DNA of 64,000 nucleotides from Planctomycetota bacterium (GCA_046290465.1 JBKAGP010000001.1:2016001-2080000); one strand, 5' to 3'. Counted from the stretch's first letter, positions 34,634 through 46,830 are shown. Program-made: numbers and translations. Notes: generated by a model from the sequence alone, not told the origin.

Positions 34634-35004
34634 TGCGAAAGATCTCACTACTCGTCGTCGTGTCGGTACTCGGGGTGTCTGCCATCGCCAAGTTTCTGTC
34701 AGACCACGAGCCCTCGATGCTGCTGAACGAAAAAGCCTACTATCTGGTGGCCATTGCCGAATTGCTCGCTGCGGGTGGCTTGATGTCCTCGTGGCGCCGA
34801 CCGTTCGCGGCGATGACGCTGACCGCAGCATTGCTCGGTAGCGCCCTACTATGGTGGTGGGGCAGCGCCGGAAAATGTGGGTGCTTCGGGTCCTGGCATC
34901 TGGGCACGAAGTATCATCTCGTGCTGCTCGCGATCGTCGGGCTCTGCTCGCTGCATCTGATGGGGAGGACGTCAGGCAAGTCGCTGGACCGGCAAGTAGA
35001 CTGA
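34630..35004 (+). CDS. MauE/DoxX-family redox-associated membrane protein
   Basis: SAIAKF, AIAELL, CGCFG motif, four hydrophobic segments; ATGA overlap with the upstream gene. Confidence 0.8.
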   Translation: MMRKISLLVVVSVLGVSAIAKFLSDHEPSMLLNEKAYYLVAIAELLAAGGLMSSWRRPFAAMTLTAALLGSALLWWWGSAGKCGCFGSWHLGTKYHLVLLAIVGLCSLHLMGRTSGKSLDRQVD

Positions 35005-35005
35005 C

Positions 35006-35605
35006 TCAGGTCAGGCCGCGCTGGGCCAGCATGTTCTCGACGTACTTGGCCAGCACGTCGACCTCGACGTGCACCGGCGCGTCGACGGCGCGGCCGCCCA
35101 GCGTCGTCTGCTCCGCGGTGTGCGGGATGACGGCGATCATCACGGCCCCGTCGCGCTGGTCGGCGATCGTCAGCGACACCCCGTCCAGGGTGATCGAACC
35201 CTTTTGCACGCAATACTTTCTGAGGTCGTCGGGGACCTCGGCCCAGAGTTCACCGCCGTGCTGGGGGTCGATCGCACCGGTGATGCGACCGACGCCGTCG
35301 ACGTGCCCCTGCACGATGTGGCCGCCGAGCGGCTCGCCGGCGCGCAGCGCGCCCTCGAGGTTGACGCGGGTGCCGGCGACGGCCTGGCCGAGCCAGGTGC
35401 GGTCGAGCGTCTCCTGGGTCAGGAAGAACTCGGCATGACCGGATTGCAGCGACACCACGGTGCAGCAGACCCCGGACAGCGCGATCGAGTCGCCGATCCG
35501 GAACGGCCCCTGCAGGCCGGAGATGTCGACGGTCAGCCGCACTCCATCGGCTTCGGTGGCGTGGGCGGTGACGGTGCCGGTGGCTTGCACGAGGCCGGTG
35601 AACAT
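35006..35605 (-). CDS. ribE: Riboflavin synthase (alpha chain)
   Basis: MFTGLV N-terminus, GDSIALSGVCCTV, VNLE, GGHIVQGHVDG, KGSITLDGVSLT. Confidence 0.97.
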   Translation of the reverse strand: MFTGLVQATGTVTAHATEADGVRLTVDISGLQGPFRIGDSIALSGVCCTVVSLQSGHAEFFLTQETLDRTWLGQAVAGTRVNLEGALRAGEPLGGHIVQGHVDGVGRITGAIDPQHGGELWAEVPDDLRKYCVQKGSITLDGVSLTIADQRDGAVMIAVIPHTAEQTTLGGRAVDAPVHVEVDVLAKYVENMLAQRGLT

Positions 35606-35731
35606 CGGGGGATCGGCGGGTTCGGTCGGGGAATCGGGTTGCGGAAACGCTGTCTTACAGGGCCCTGGCGGCCTTGACCGCCCTGGGCCGCAAACGTATG
35701 GTGTTCACCCCTTCTTCGCGGCAGGGGCACC

Positions 35732-36454
35732 TTGCACTGCGCCATTCTGACACTCTTTCCAGACGCCATCCGGCCGTACCTGGACGAGAGCATCCTCGGG
35801 ATTGCTCAGGCCCAAGGCAACCTCCGGGTCGACCTCGTCGACTTCCGGAACCACGCCTTGGACCCGCATCGCACGGTCGACGATCGACCGTTCGGTGGCG
35901 GGCCAGGCATGGTGCTCAAGCCGGAACCGATCTTTTCAGCCACTGAAGAAGTGGAGCAGGCCCATGGCCCGTTCCACAAGATCCTGCTCTGCCCCCGCGG
36001 TCGAACCTTCGACCAGGCGCGCGCGCGGGAGCTCAGCCGCATGGAGCGGCTGATGTTCCTGTGCGGACGCTACGAGGGCTTCGACGAACGCATCCGCGAC
36101 GGCCTCGCCGCTTCGGATGGCGGCTACGAGGAGATCTCGCTCGGCGACTTCGTGTTGGCCGGTGGCGAGTTGCCTGCGATGGTCGTGCTCGAAGCCGCGG
36201 TAAGGCTGATCCCGGGAGTGCTGGGGTGCGCCGAGTCGGCGCAGCTCGAGTCGTTCGAAGGCGAACTGCTCGATCATCCGCAGTACACCCGCCCGCGCGA
36301 GTTCCGCGGCATGGACGTTCCCGAGGTGTTGTTCTCGGGCGACCACGCCAAGGTGGCGCGCTGGCGCGAGGAGCAGGCCAGGGCCCTCACCGCCACCAAG
36401 GCGGCGATCGAGGGCCGCGCACCCAAGCAAACCGACCGACTTCCAACCGACTGA
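35732..36454 (+). CDS. trmD: tRNA (guanine37-N1)-methyltransferase
   Basis: LTLFP, VDDRPFGGGPGMV, CGRYEGFDER, EISLGDFVLAGGE, PQYTRP. Confidence 0.97.
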   Translation: MHCAILTLFPDAIRPYLDESILGIAQAQGNLRVDLVDFRNHALDPHRTVDDRPFGGGPGMVLKPEPIFSATEEVEQAHGPFHKILLCPRGRTFDQARARELSRMERLMFLCGRYEGFDERIRDGLAASDGGYEEISLGDFVLAGGELPAMVVLEAAVRLIPGVLGCAESAQLESFEGELLDHPQYTRPREFRGMDVPEVLFSGDHAKVARWREEQARALTATKAAIEGRAPKQTDRLPTD

Positions 36455-36521
36455 CTTTCCGACCATCGACCCGCCCGCCAGCCGCGGCCGGGTCCCCGAT
36501 ACGAGACCGCAGGACAGACCC

Positions 36522-36944
36522 ATGAACATCATGCGCCAGATCGAGCTCGAGCACATGAAGGCCGAGCTCCCCGACTTCGGTGTCGGCGACACCGTCGACG
36601 TGCACTACCTCATCAAGGAAGGGGACAAGGAGCGCGTGCAGCTGTTCACGGGCACCGTGATCAAGTTCCAAGGCGCGGGCACCCGCCGCACGTTCACCGT
36701 GCGCCGCATCGTCGCCGGCGAAGGCGTCGAGCGCACGTTCACGCTGCACAGCGCGCGCGTCGCCGACGTCAAGGTCAAGGACCGCGGCGTCATCCGCCGC
36801 GCCAAGCTCTGCTACCTGCGCGAGCGCGAGGGCAAGGCGACCCGCCTGACCCGCAACCTGGGCAAGCTGAAGTGGCCGCGCAGCGGTGCTGGCAGTGGCC
36901 TTACGCACGACGACGCGAGCGCCGGCACGCCGGCAGCCGAATAG
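36522..36944 (+). CDS. rplS: 50S ribosomal protein L19
   Basis: PDFGVGDTVDVH, EGDKERVQ, TFTVRR, GEGVERTF, RRAKLCYLR. Confidence 0.97.
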   Translation: MNIMRQIELEHMKAELPDFGVGDTVDVHYLIKEGDKERVQLFTGTVIKFQGAGTRRTFTVRRIVAGEGVERTFTLHSARVADVKVKDRGVIRRAKLCYLREREGKATRLTRNLGKLKWPRSGAGSGLTHDDASAGTPAAE

Positions 36945-37070
36945 TCCTGATCGTCTGAATTCCGGGGAGGAACCGCCGCTGGCCCGAAGGGGTGCGGCCC
37001 CGCCCCCCGGCGCCCCGACGGCGCCACCCCCACCACTACCCACGACACGTCTTCCGCGGCCTCGCCTGTC

Positions 37071-40000
37071 ATGCTCGAGAACGCCCGTCGTCAGTTCCTC
37101 CTCGTCCTCTTCGCGGTGCTCGCGGGCATCGCGAGCATCGCGGTCCTCGAGCCCAGCTTCGGCACCGACCTCAAGGGCGGCACCCAGCTCCTCTACGACG
37201 TCCCGGCCGACGTGCTCGAAGAGCTCGTCAAGAAGGAGGGGGCTTCGAAGGACGAGATCATGGCGCAGACCATCGGCGTCATGCGCGAGCGCATCGACCC
37301 GAACGGCACGCTCGATCCGCTGATCACGCGCAGCGGCGACACCGGCATCCTGGTCGAGCTGAGCTACTTCGAGAACCCGCTCGAGCTGAAGCGCGTCCTC
37401 GACCGCATCAGCAACCTCGGCCGCCTCGAGATGCGCATCGTCGTCTACGACGGCTACGCGAAGGACGGCGACAGCTTCACGTCGCAGCGCATCGCCGCCG
37501 AGAAGAGCAAGCTCGAGACGTGGCTGAAGAAGCCGGAGAACGCGGCGCTGATCGCCGAGGATCCGCTCGACATCCGCCGCTACAACGAGGATCCGAACAA
37601 CGGTCCCAACCAGTTCGGCATCATCCACTGGTTCCCGCGCGAGATCCGGCCCAACGGCAAGGACGCGACCCGCTGGGACCGCTCGTTCGCCGACATCCCC
37701 GACCTGGCGCCGATCACGGTCCAGGCCTTCGACGAGAAGCAGTGGAACGGCGGCGCGATCCCGGAGGACGTGCTGAAGCTCGATCCGAAGGAACAGCACC
37801 TGTTCGAGTTCGTCGCGATCAACATGATCGAGCGCTCGTTCAGCGGCGAGGACCTCGAGCCGGCCGGCGTCGGTGTCGGCCAGGGCCGCAACGGCCTGCC
37901 CGCGGTCAACTACGAGCTGATCGGCGCGCTGAAGGGCGCCTACGCCGACTGGTCCGCCGAGCACAAGGGTGAGTCGAGCGCGATCATCCTCAACGGCTAC
38001 GTCAAGTCGGCGCCGGTCTTCCGCAACAAGATCCCGGGGCGCGGCATCATCGAGGGTGATTTCACCCTCCAGGAGGTCGAGGAGCTGGTCAAGGTGCTGC
38101 GCACCGGCTCGCTGCGCATCGAGCCCGAGAAGCTCAGCCAGACCACCATCGGCCCGAACCTAGGCCAGGCGGCGATCCAACGCGGCCTGATCTCGATCAT
38201 CGCCGGCGGCGTGCTGGTCTTCCTGTTCATGCTCGCCTTCTACAAGATCGCGGGCACCATCGCGTGCGTCGCGCTGCTGTTGAACGTGTTCCTGCTCTAC
38301 GCGGGCATGCTGTTCATGCAGGCGACGATCACCCTGCCGGGCCTCGGCGGCATCGTGCTGACGCTCGGCATGGCGGTCGACGCCAACGTGCTGATCTACG
38401 AGCGCATCCGCGAGGAGCTCAACAAGGGCAAGGAGATGCTGCAGGCGGTGCGTTCGGGCTTCGAACGCGCGATGTCGGCAATCCTCGACTCCAACATCAC
38501 GACCTTCCTGGTCGGCCTGGTGCTGTTCAACGTCGGCGTCGGCCCGGTGCGCGGCTTCGCCGTGACGCTGATGGTCGGCATCATCACGACGGTCTTCACG
38601 CAGTTCTTCGTCTCGCGCCTGCTGTTCCACTGGGCGCTGTCGAACAACAAGCTGGAGGGCTGGAAGCCGAACACGCTGTTCGAGAACCGCGACGTCGACT
38701 TCGTCGGCAAGATCAAGGCGTGCGTGCTGATCAGCGCGATCGTCATCATCGGCGGTGTCGGCTACTCGACGACCGTCCCGGCCGAGGAGAAGCTCAGCAT
38801 CGACTTCACCGGCGGCTCGAACCTGCGCATGGTCACCAAGGAGGCGACCACCGACGAAGCCGTGCGCGCCAAGCTGGCCGCCGACGCGGCCTTCCTCGAG
38901 GCCTACCCGACCTACAGCGTCAACAAGGTCGGCGAGGACGGCACCGAGTACAACATCCGCCTGAAGCTGACCGAGGAGCAGCGCAACGAGATCGACGCAG
39001 CGCGCGCCGCCTGGCGTGACCTGCGCAAGGACTACCTGGCGCAGCTCAACAACGAGGAACTCAGCGAAGAGGAGCGCGAGGCGCTGACGCCGCCGGCGCC
39101 GTACGAGCCGCCCTACGTCGCCGCGCTGCGCACCGCCTTCGAGGGCGAGCTGGTCGAGCCGGCGTTCAGCGGCGCGCTGATGGTCGACGAGGCCGAGACC
39201 AACATGATGGCGGCGCAGATCGACGTGCACTTCGCGCGGCCGGTGCTGATCGCGCAGGTGCGCGAACGGCTCGGCAAGGGCCTCGCCGACGGCCGGGTCA
39301 CCGCGCTCGGCGACGAGGCCGCGACCAGCGCCAAGAACTTCCAGGTCGAGTGGAGCACGCAGAACTCGACCCGCAAGTGGGAGCTGGCCGAGATCATCAG
39401 CGACGAGCTCGAGGGCCTGACCGACGAGGACGGCAAGGAGATCGTGCTGTCGGATCCGTTCCCGGAGGCCCAGGAGATCCAGGGCCGCCTGGTCAACGAC
39501 CTGCGCAACGCCGCGATCGGCGCGCTGCTGCTGGCCTGGGCGCTGATCGTCTTCTACCTGCGGATCCGCTTCCACGAGTACAAGTACGGCCTCGCCGCCG
39601 TCGTCGCGCTGATCCACGACGTGCTGGTGACGTTCGGCATCGTGGTGCTGTTCAACCACATGGGCTGGGTCAACGCCGAGATCAGCCTGGCGATGATCGC
39701 CTGCTTCCTGACGATCATCGGCTACTCGGTCAACGACACCATCGTCGTGTTCGACCGGATCCGTGAGAACCGCATCGAGAACGCCCGCAACAACGTCGAC
39801 GAATCGTTCCGTTCGCTGATCAACCGTTCGCTGAACCAGACGCTGTCCCGCACCGTGCTGACCACGGTGCTGACGCTGTTCGTGGTCATCGCGCAGCTGA
39901 TCGTCAACTGGGACAGCGGCTCCGACCTCGAGGCGTTCGCGTTCGCGATGACGATCGGCATGTGCTGCGGCGTCTACTCGACGATGTACATCGCCGCGCC

Positions 40001-40148
40001 GATCCTGATCTGGATGGACAAGGGCGACCCGGTCGAGGTCCCGGACGATCCGCGCGACCCGAACCGCGAAGGTGACTTCGACAACGAAGCGGAGCTCGCG
40101 GCCCAGGAGGCCGCCGCCGCCGCGGCCGCCGCCGAGAAGGAGGCGTAG
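37071..40148 (+). CDS. secDF: Fused protein translocase subunit SecDF
   Basis: GTDLKGG, GMAVDANVLIYERIREE, IDFTGG, GYSVNDTIVVFDRIREN. Confidence 0.96.
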   Translation: MLENARRQFLLVLFAVLAGIASIAVLEPSFGTDLKGGTQLLYDVPADVLEELVKKEGASKDEIMAQTIGVMRERIDPNGTLDPLITRSGDTGILVELSYFENPLELKRVLDRISNLGRLEMRIVVYDGYAKDGDSFTSQRIAAEKSKLETWLKKPENAALIAEDPLDIRRYNEDPNNGPNQFGIIHWFPREIRPNGKDATRWDRSFADIPDLAPITVQAFDEKQWNGGAIPEDVLKLDPKEQHLFEFVAINMIERSFSGEDLEPAGVGVGQGRNGLPAVNYELIGALKGAYADWSAEHKGESSAIILNGYVKSAPVFRNKIPGRGIIEGDFTLQEVEELVKVLRTGSLRIEPEKLSQTTIGPNLGQAAIQRGLISIIAGGVLVFLFMLAFYKIAGTIACVALLLNVFLLYAGMLFMQATITLPGLGGIVLTLGMAVDANVLIYERIREELNKGKEMLQAVRSGFERAMSAILDSNITTFLVGLVLFNVGVGPVRGFAVTLMVGIITTVFTQFFVSRLLFHWALSNNKLEGWKPNTLFENRDVDFVGKIKACVLISAIVIIGGVGYSTTVPAEEKLSIDFTGGSNLRMVTKEATTDEAVRAKLAADAAFLEAYPTYSVNKVGEDGTEYNIRLKLTEEQRNEIDAARAAWRDLRKDYLAQLNNEELSEEEREALTPPAPYEPPYVAALRTAFEGELVEPAFSGALMVDEAETNMMAAQIDVHFARPVLIAQVRERLGKGLADGRVTALGDEAATSAKNFQVEWSTQNSTRKWELAEIISDELEGLTDEDGKEIVLSDPFPEAQEIQGRLVNDLRNAAIGALLLAWALIVFYLRIRFHEYKYGLAAVVALIHDVLVTFGIVVLFNHMGWVNAEISLAMIACFLTIIGYSVNDTIVVFDRIRENRIENARNNVDESFRSLINRSLNQTLSRTVLTTVLTLFVVIAQLIVNWDSGSDLEAFAFAMTIGMCCGVYSTMYIAAPILIWMDKGDPVEVPDDPRDPNREGDFDNEAELAAQEAAAAAAAAEKEA

Positions 40149-40168
40149 GCCGCTCCGGCGGCCGGCGC

Positions 40169-41890
<1,722 letters not shown>

Positions 41891-41892
41891 CC

Positions 41893-43194
41893 TTGGGCGA
41901 AACCACACTCGACACATCGAAGGGCCACGGCACCGAGGCCATCCTGTTCGGCCTCGTTCCGACCGGCGATCCCCGCACCGCGGCCGAAGCGCTGTCCGAA
42001 CTGCAGCAGCTGGCCGAGACCGCCGAGTTCGTGCCGGCCGGCTGCATCGTGCAGCACCGCCGCGTCGCGGACCCGCACAGCTACCTTGGCAGCGGCAAGC
42101 TCGAGGAGCTCGCCGACGTCGTGCGGCTCGCACACAGCGGCTGCGTGATCTGCGACGATTCGCTGACGCCCAACCAGGCGCGCAACATCGAGAAGGCCGT
42201 CAACGTGCCGGTGATCGACCGCAGCGAGCTGATCCTGCAGATCTTCGGTTCGCACGCGCGCACGCCGCAGGCGCGGCTGCAGGTCGAACTCGCGGCGCTG
42301 CAGTACGAACTGCCCCGCCTGCGCCGCCGCTGGACCCACCTCGAGCGCCAGCGCGGCGGCATCGGCCTGCGCGGCGGCGCCGGCGAGAAGCAGATCGACG
42401 TCGACCGCAACCTGGTGCGCACCCGCATCGCGTCGGTCAACCGCGACCTCAAGCGCATCGAGCAGCACAAGACGCGCGAGGTGCAGGGCCGCCCCGACCT
42501 GTTCACGATCGCGCTCGTCGGCTACACCAACGCCGGCAAGTCGACGCTGATGAACCGGCTGACCGACGCCGGGGTGATCGCCGAGAACAAGCTGTTCTCG
42601 ACGCTCGACACGCGCACGCGGCCGTGGCGCCTGCCCGGCGGCCGCACCGTGCTGCTGACCGACACCGTCGGGTTCCTGCGCAAGCTCCCCCACCAGCTGG
42701 TCGCCAGCTTCCACGCCACGCTCGAAGAGGCGCTGCACACCGACCTGCTGCTGGTGCTGATCGACGGCAGCTCGCCGGAGGCGGCCGAGCAGCTGCTGGC
42801 GGTCAACGAGGTGCTCGAGACCCTCGAGGTCGACGACCTGCCGCGGCTGACCGTGCTCAACAAGCTCGACCAGATCGAGGACCGCGCCAGCCTCGCGCCG
42901 CTCTGGCAGGTCGACCCCGACGCGATCCCGGTCTCGGTGCAGGACGGCGAGGGCCTGCCGGACCTGTTCGCGGCGATCCAGTCGCACCTGTCCGACGTCG
43001 AAAACCGCGTCGAACTGCTGCTGCCACACTCGGCCGGCGCGCTGCACGCCGAGATCCGCGCCCGGGCCACCGTGCTGTCGGAGTTCTACACCGAGGACGG
43101 CTGCCTGATGGAGATCCAGGCCTCGCCGGCGCTGCTCGGGCGATTGATGGCCGGCGGAGCCCTCCCCGTACGCCACGACGACACAAAGGGTTAG
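41893..43194 (+). CDS. hflX: GTPase HflX
   Basis: ILQIF, LQVELA, GYTNAGKSTL, LFSTLD, DTVGF, NKLD. Confidence 0.96.
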   Translation: MGETTLDTSKGHGTEAILFGLVPTGDPRTAAEALSELQQLAETAEFVPAGCIVQHRRVADPHSYLGSGKLEELADVVRLAHSGCVICDDSLTPNQARNIEKAVNVPVIDRSELILQIFGSHARTPQARLQVELAALQYELPRLRRRWTHLERQRGGIGLRGGAGEKQIDVDRNLVRTRIASVNRDLKRIEQHKTREVQGRPDLFTIALVGYTNAGKSTLMNRLTDAGVIAENKLFSTLDTRTRPWRLPGGRTVLLTDTVGFLRKLPHQLVASFHATLEEALHTDLLLVLIDGSSPEAAEQLLAVNEVLETLEVDDLPRLTVLNKLDQIEDRASLAPLWQVDPDAIPVSVQDGEGLPDLFAAIQSHLSDVENRVELLLPHSAGALHAEIRARATVLSEFYTEDGCLMEIQASPALLGRLMAGGALPVRHDDTKG

Positions 43195-43365
43195 AACGTC
43201 GCGCGCGCGCGCCGGGCGAGCCTGCGGGGATTCCTGGAGAAAGGTCGTTATGCCGGGCGGAGCGGTCCGCTTCTGATGGAGTCGCCTCGGCTCGATTCAC
43301 CCCGCCAACCATCGGTCGGCAGGTCCGCGGCGTTGGACTATCCCTGTTCCCCCGAAGAGGAAATC

Positions 43366-46300
43366 ATGCAACTCGCGTTTCCCGTGCTCGCCCTGAGCCT
43401 GGTCGCCGCTTTCGCGACCGCTCAGAACCCAGACGGCAGTGACCTGCGCGCCCCCGCCAAGGACCCGCGCATCCTGCTCGAATACGCTTCGTTCGATCCG
43501 AACGTCTCCGTCCCGATGGTCCCGGCCGAACTCAAGGCCGGCACCGACGTCAACCTGCACATCGTGCAATTCAAGTCGACGCCGACGGACGCCGACCGCG
43601 AAGCCATCCGCCGCGCCGGCGGGGTCATCAGGGGCTACCTGCCGCACGACGCCCACATCGTGCACATGCAGGGTGGCGGCATGGAACTCTACTCGGTCGA
43701 CAGCGTGCGCTGGGTCGGCCCCTACGAGCCGGCCTACCGCCTCGAGCCGCAGCTGCTGAAGGAGATCGCCTCGGGCCAGGTCCCGACGCGTCGCTACAAC
43801 ATGGTCATGGTCGACAAGCGCAACGACAAGGATGCGCTGGCGGCCAAGATCGCCGCGATGGGCGGGGACATCGTCGACCGCCACGAAGGTGGTCTGCTGT
43901 TCACGGCCGCGCTGACCGGCGCCCAGCTGATGCAGGCCGCGCGCCTCGACGAGGTGCTGTGGATCGATCGCTGGACCCCGGTCGAACTCGACATGGACAA
44001 CGCCCGCATCCAGGGCGGCGCCAACTACATCGAGTCGGTCGCCGGCTACACCGGTTCGGGCATCCGCGGCCACGTCTACGAAGGCGTCGAGGCCAACCAC
44101 CCCGACTTCAACACGGTGATGACGCAGGTCGGCCCGGCCGCCTGCTCGGGCCCGACCTCGCACGGCCACTGCACCGCCGGCATCATCTTCGGCAACGGCA
44201 CCAGCGCCCCGCAGGCGCGCGGCCTCGCCCCGAACGCGGTCGGCTTCTTCACGACCTACGTCTCGTCGACCAACACGACGTGCGCGCAGTCGCCGGCTCG
44301 CAACACGATCCTCGGCAACGCGGTCAACAACAACAACGTGATGTTCACCACGGCTTCGTGGGGCAACACGCGCACGTTCTTCTACACGTCGATCTCGGCC
44401 GATGCCGACGACATCGTGTTCGACCACCGCATCCCGTGGACGCAGTCGCAGTCGAACGCCGGCAACCAGGACTCGCGTCCGCAGGCCTGGGGCAAGAACA
44501 TCATCTCGGTCGGCGGCGTCGACCACTTCAACGACAGCAACCCGAACAACGACTCGTGGCTGGCCGGCAACGGCTCGACGGGTCCGGCGCAGGACGGCCG
44601 CAACAAGCCCGACCTGTGCGCCTACTACGACTCGATCTGGACGTCGGACCGCACCGGCAACTCCGGCTACTCGAGCGGCAACTCGACGACCGGCTTCGGC
44701 GGCACGTCGGGCGCGACCCCGATCGTCGCGGGCCACAACGCCCTCGCGATCCAGATGTTCACGGACCACATCTTCGACAACATCCCGGTCAACCCGACCG
44801 GCTCGCGCTTCCAGAACCGCCCGCTCGCGCAGACGGTGAAGGCGCTGCAGATCGCCTGCGCCGACCTCTACACCCCGACCGCCAGCGACAACCGTCGTGA
44901 GCACGTCGGCTGGGGCTTCCCGAACGTGCAGACGATGTACGACAACCGGGACAAGATCTCGATCATCCCCGAGGACGAGCCGATCGCGCAGGGCCAGACC
45001 CGCACCTACCGCTACGACGTCGCCCCGGGCGAGTCGGTCATCAAGTTCGTGATGAGCTACGTCGACCCGGCCGGCAACCCCGCCGCCGCGTTCGACCGCA
45101 TCAACGACCTGTCGATGCGCGTGACCTCGCCGACCGGCGCGGTCTACTACGGCAACTGGGGCCTCGACGGCGGCAGCCAGGGCAACCAGTCGACGCAGAG
45201 CATCTTCGCCGGCTACGACACCCGCGACACCGTCGAGTGCGTGATCCGCAACAACCCGACCCCGGGCATCTGGACGGTCACGATCGTCGCCCCGACGGTC
45301 ACCCAGGACGCGCACCTCGCCACCGCCCAGACCGACGCGACCTTCGCGCTGGTCGTCAACGGCGGCCGTCGCGCCTTCGGTTCGGGCTGCGCCCGCTACC
45401 TGCCCAACGCCAGCACGACGTTCGGCAGCGGCAACTACTTCCCGTGGGGCGGCTACAACCCGGTCGAGCTCGACACGGTCTACGCCAGCAACAACGGCGG
45501 CGGTGTCGGCGGCACGGTCTACTTCGACGTGACCGTCACCGAGCCGGTCTGGATCCACAGCGTCATGGTCAACACCAACGCGGTCGCCGGTGAGGACCTG
45601 TTCGCCGACGTCTACACGACCAACATCGGCGGCACCTACTTCGGCAACGAGGCCACCCCCGCCGCGTGGAACGCGCGCAGTGCGGGTCGCGGCACGTCGG
45701 CCGGTGTCGACGCCGAGAGCCAGATCGACCTGGCCCAGCCGTTCCGCCTGTCGGCCGGCACCTACGGCTTCGCGATCCACGCGAACAACTTCGCGCACCG
45801 CTACACCAACGGCGCGAACACCTACAACAACAGCGTGATGACGATCGACGCCGGCTCCGGCTCGAACGGCCTGTTCGGCGGCGGGGTGTTCAACCCGCGC
45901 TCGGCGAACATCACGATGAAGTACCGCACCGCGGATGCCACGGCGCAGAACATGCGCTACCAGACGATCCTGCGCAGCGACGAGCTGGGCGGCCCGGGTG
46001 ACATCACCGGCCTCGCCTTCTCGGGCCAGAGCAACGGTCGCCACTTCAACTCGAACCTGACCGTGCGGATGGCGCACAAGCCGGCCGGCTACACGCTGGT
46101 CAGCAACTTCAACACCAACATCAGCGGCTCGACCACGGTCCTGAGCTCCAACCTGCACACGTTCGAGTATCGCGACGGCCAGTGGCGCAACATCGGCATG
46201 CAGAACCCGTTCGCCTACAACGGCACGTCCGACGTCGTCGTCGAGATCGTCGCCCGCGGCAACGTGCAGACGACCACCGGCTCGAGCACCGGCCCGTTCG

Positions 46301-46806
46301 AGATCGACTCGGACCGTCCGCGCGTGTTCGCGCAGAACTGGGACCTGAGCACGCCGACGACCGGCACCGTCGCGACCACCAGCGGCCTGCGCATGCGGGT
46401 CGAGTTCGGCTGCGCCAACGCCAACCAGCACGGCTCCAGCTGTGGCACGCTGGAATCGGCGCACTCGGGCTCGAGCGCGCTCGGTTCGACGTTCAACTTC
46501 AACGTCTCGGGTGCGACGCCGAACTTCGTCGCGTTCCTCGGCCTCGGCGAGAACAACTCGTTCCCCTACCCGCTGGCGCTGACGAACTTCGGCTGGACCA
46601 ACTGCAACGCGTTCAGCCAGTCGATCACGACCATCGGCGTCAACACCAACGGCAGCGGCTCGGCGAGCTACAGCATCGGCGTGCCGAACAACACGGCGCT
46701 GACCGGCTACAAGGTCTTCGGCCAGTGGGTCGGCATCGACACCAGCGAGCCGGGTGACCTGACGTTCTCGGGTCTGACCCGCATGATCTGCGGCGGCAAC
46801 CTGTAA
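43366..46806 (+). CDS. Large secreted S8 (subtilase) serine peptidase with C-terminal beta domains
   Basis: Signal MQLAFPVLALSLVAAFATA|Q; SHGHCTAG (His), GRNKPDL, GGTSGATP (Ser); Glu at the catalytic Asp position. Confidence 0.9.
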   Translation: MQLAFPVLALSLVAAFATAQNPDGSDLRAPAKDPRILLEYASFDPNVSVPMVPAELKAGTDVNLHIVQFKSTPTDADREAIRRAGGVIRGYLPHDAHIVHMQGGGMELYSVDSVRWVGPYEPAYRLEPQLLKEIASGQVPTRRYNMVMVDKRNDKDALAAKIAAMGGDIVDRHEGGLLFTAALTGAQLMQAARLDEVLWIDRWTPVELDMDNARIQGGANYIESVAGYTGSGIRGHVYEGVEANHPDFNTVMTQVGPAACSGPTSHGHCTAGIIFGNGTSAPQARGLAPNAVGFFTTYVSSTNTTCAQSPARNTILGNAVNNNNVMFTTASWGNTRTFFYTSISADADDIVFDHRIPWTQSQSNAGNQDSRPQAWGKNIISVGGVDHFNDSNPNNDSWLAGNGSTGPAQDGRNKPDLCAYYDSIWTSDRTGNSGYSSGNSTTGFGGTSGATPIVAGHNALAIQMFTDHIFDNIPVNPTGSRFQNRPLAQTVKALQIACADLYTPTASDNRREHVGWGFPNVQTMYDNRDKISIIPEDEPIAQGQTRTYRYDVAPGESVIKFVMSYVDPAGNPAAAFDRINDLSMRVTSPTGAVYYGNWGLDGGSQGNQSTQSIFAGYDTRDTVECVIRNNPTPGIWTVTIVAPTVTQDAHLATAQTDATFALVVNGGRRAFGSGCARYLPNASTTFGSGNYFPWGGYNPVELDTVYASNNGGGVGGTVYFDVTVTEPVWIHSVMVNTNAVAGEDLFADVYTTNIGGTYFGNEATPAAWNARSAGRGTSAGVDAESQIDLAQPFRLSAGTYGFAIHANNFAHRYTNGANTYNNSVMTIDAGSGSNGLFGGGVFNPRSANITMKYRTADATAQNMRYQTILRSDELGGPGDITGLAFSGQSNGRHFNSNLTVRMAHKPAGYTLVSNFNTNISGSTTVLSSNLHTFEYRDGQWRNIGMQNPFAYNGTSDVVVEIVARGNVQTTTGSSTGPFEIDSDRPRVFAQNWDLSTPTTGTVATTSGLRMRVEFGCANANQHGSSCGTLESAHSGSSALGSTFNFNVSGATPNFVAFLGLGENNSFPYPLALTNFGWTNCNAFSQSITTIGVNTNGSGSASYSIGVPNNTALTGYKVFGQWVGIDTSEPGDLTFSGLTRMICGGNL

Positions 46807-46830
46807 CGGATCGCCAACCGATCGCACGAC

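Noticed and set aside
32475..35005. Calling the lower-GC cassette a mobile element
   Set aside because: No integrase, transposase, tRNA target or flanking direct repeats visible; only composition supports foreign origin.
43297..46827. 1176-aa minus-strand ORF mirroring the S8 peptidase
   Set aside because: Antisense frame kept open by codon bias; the plus strand carries the signal peptide and catalytic motifs.
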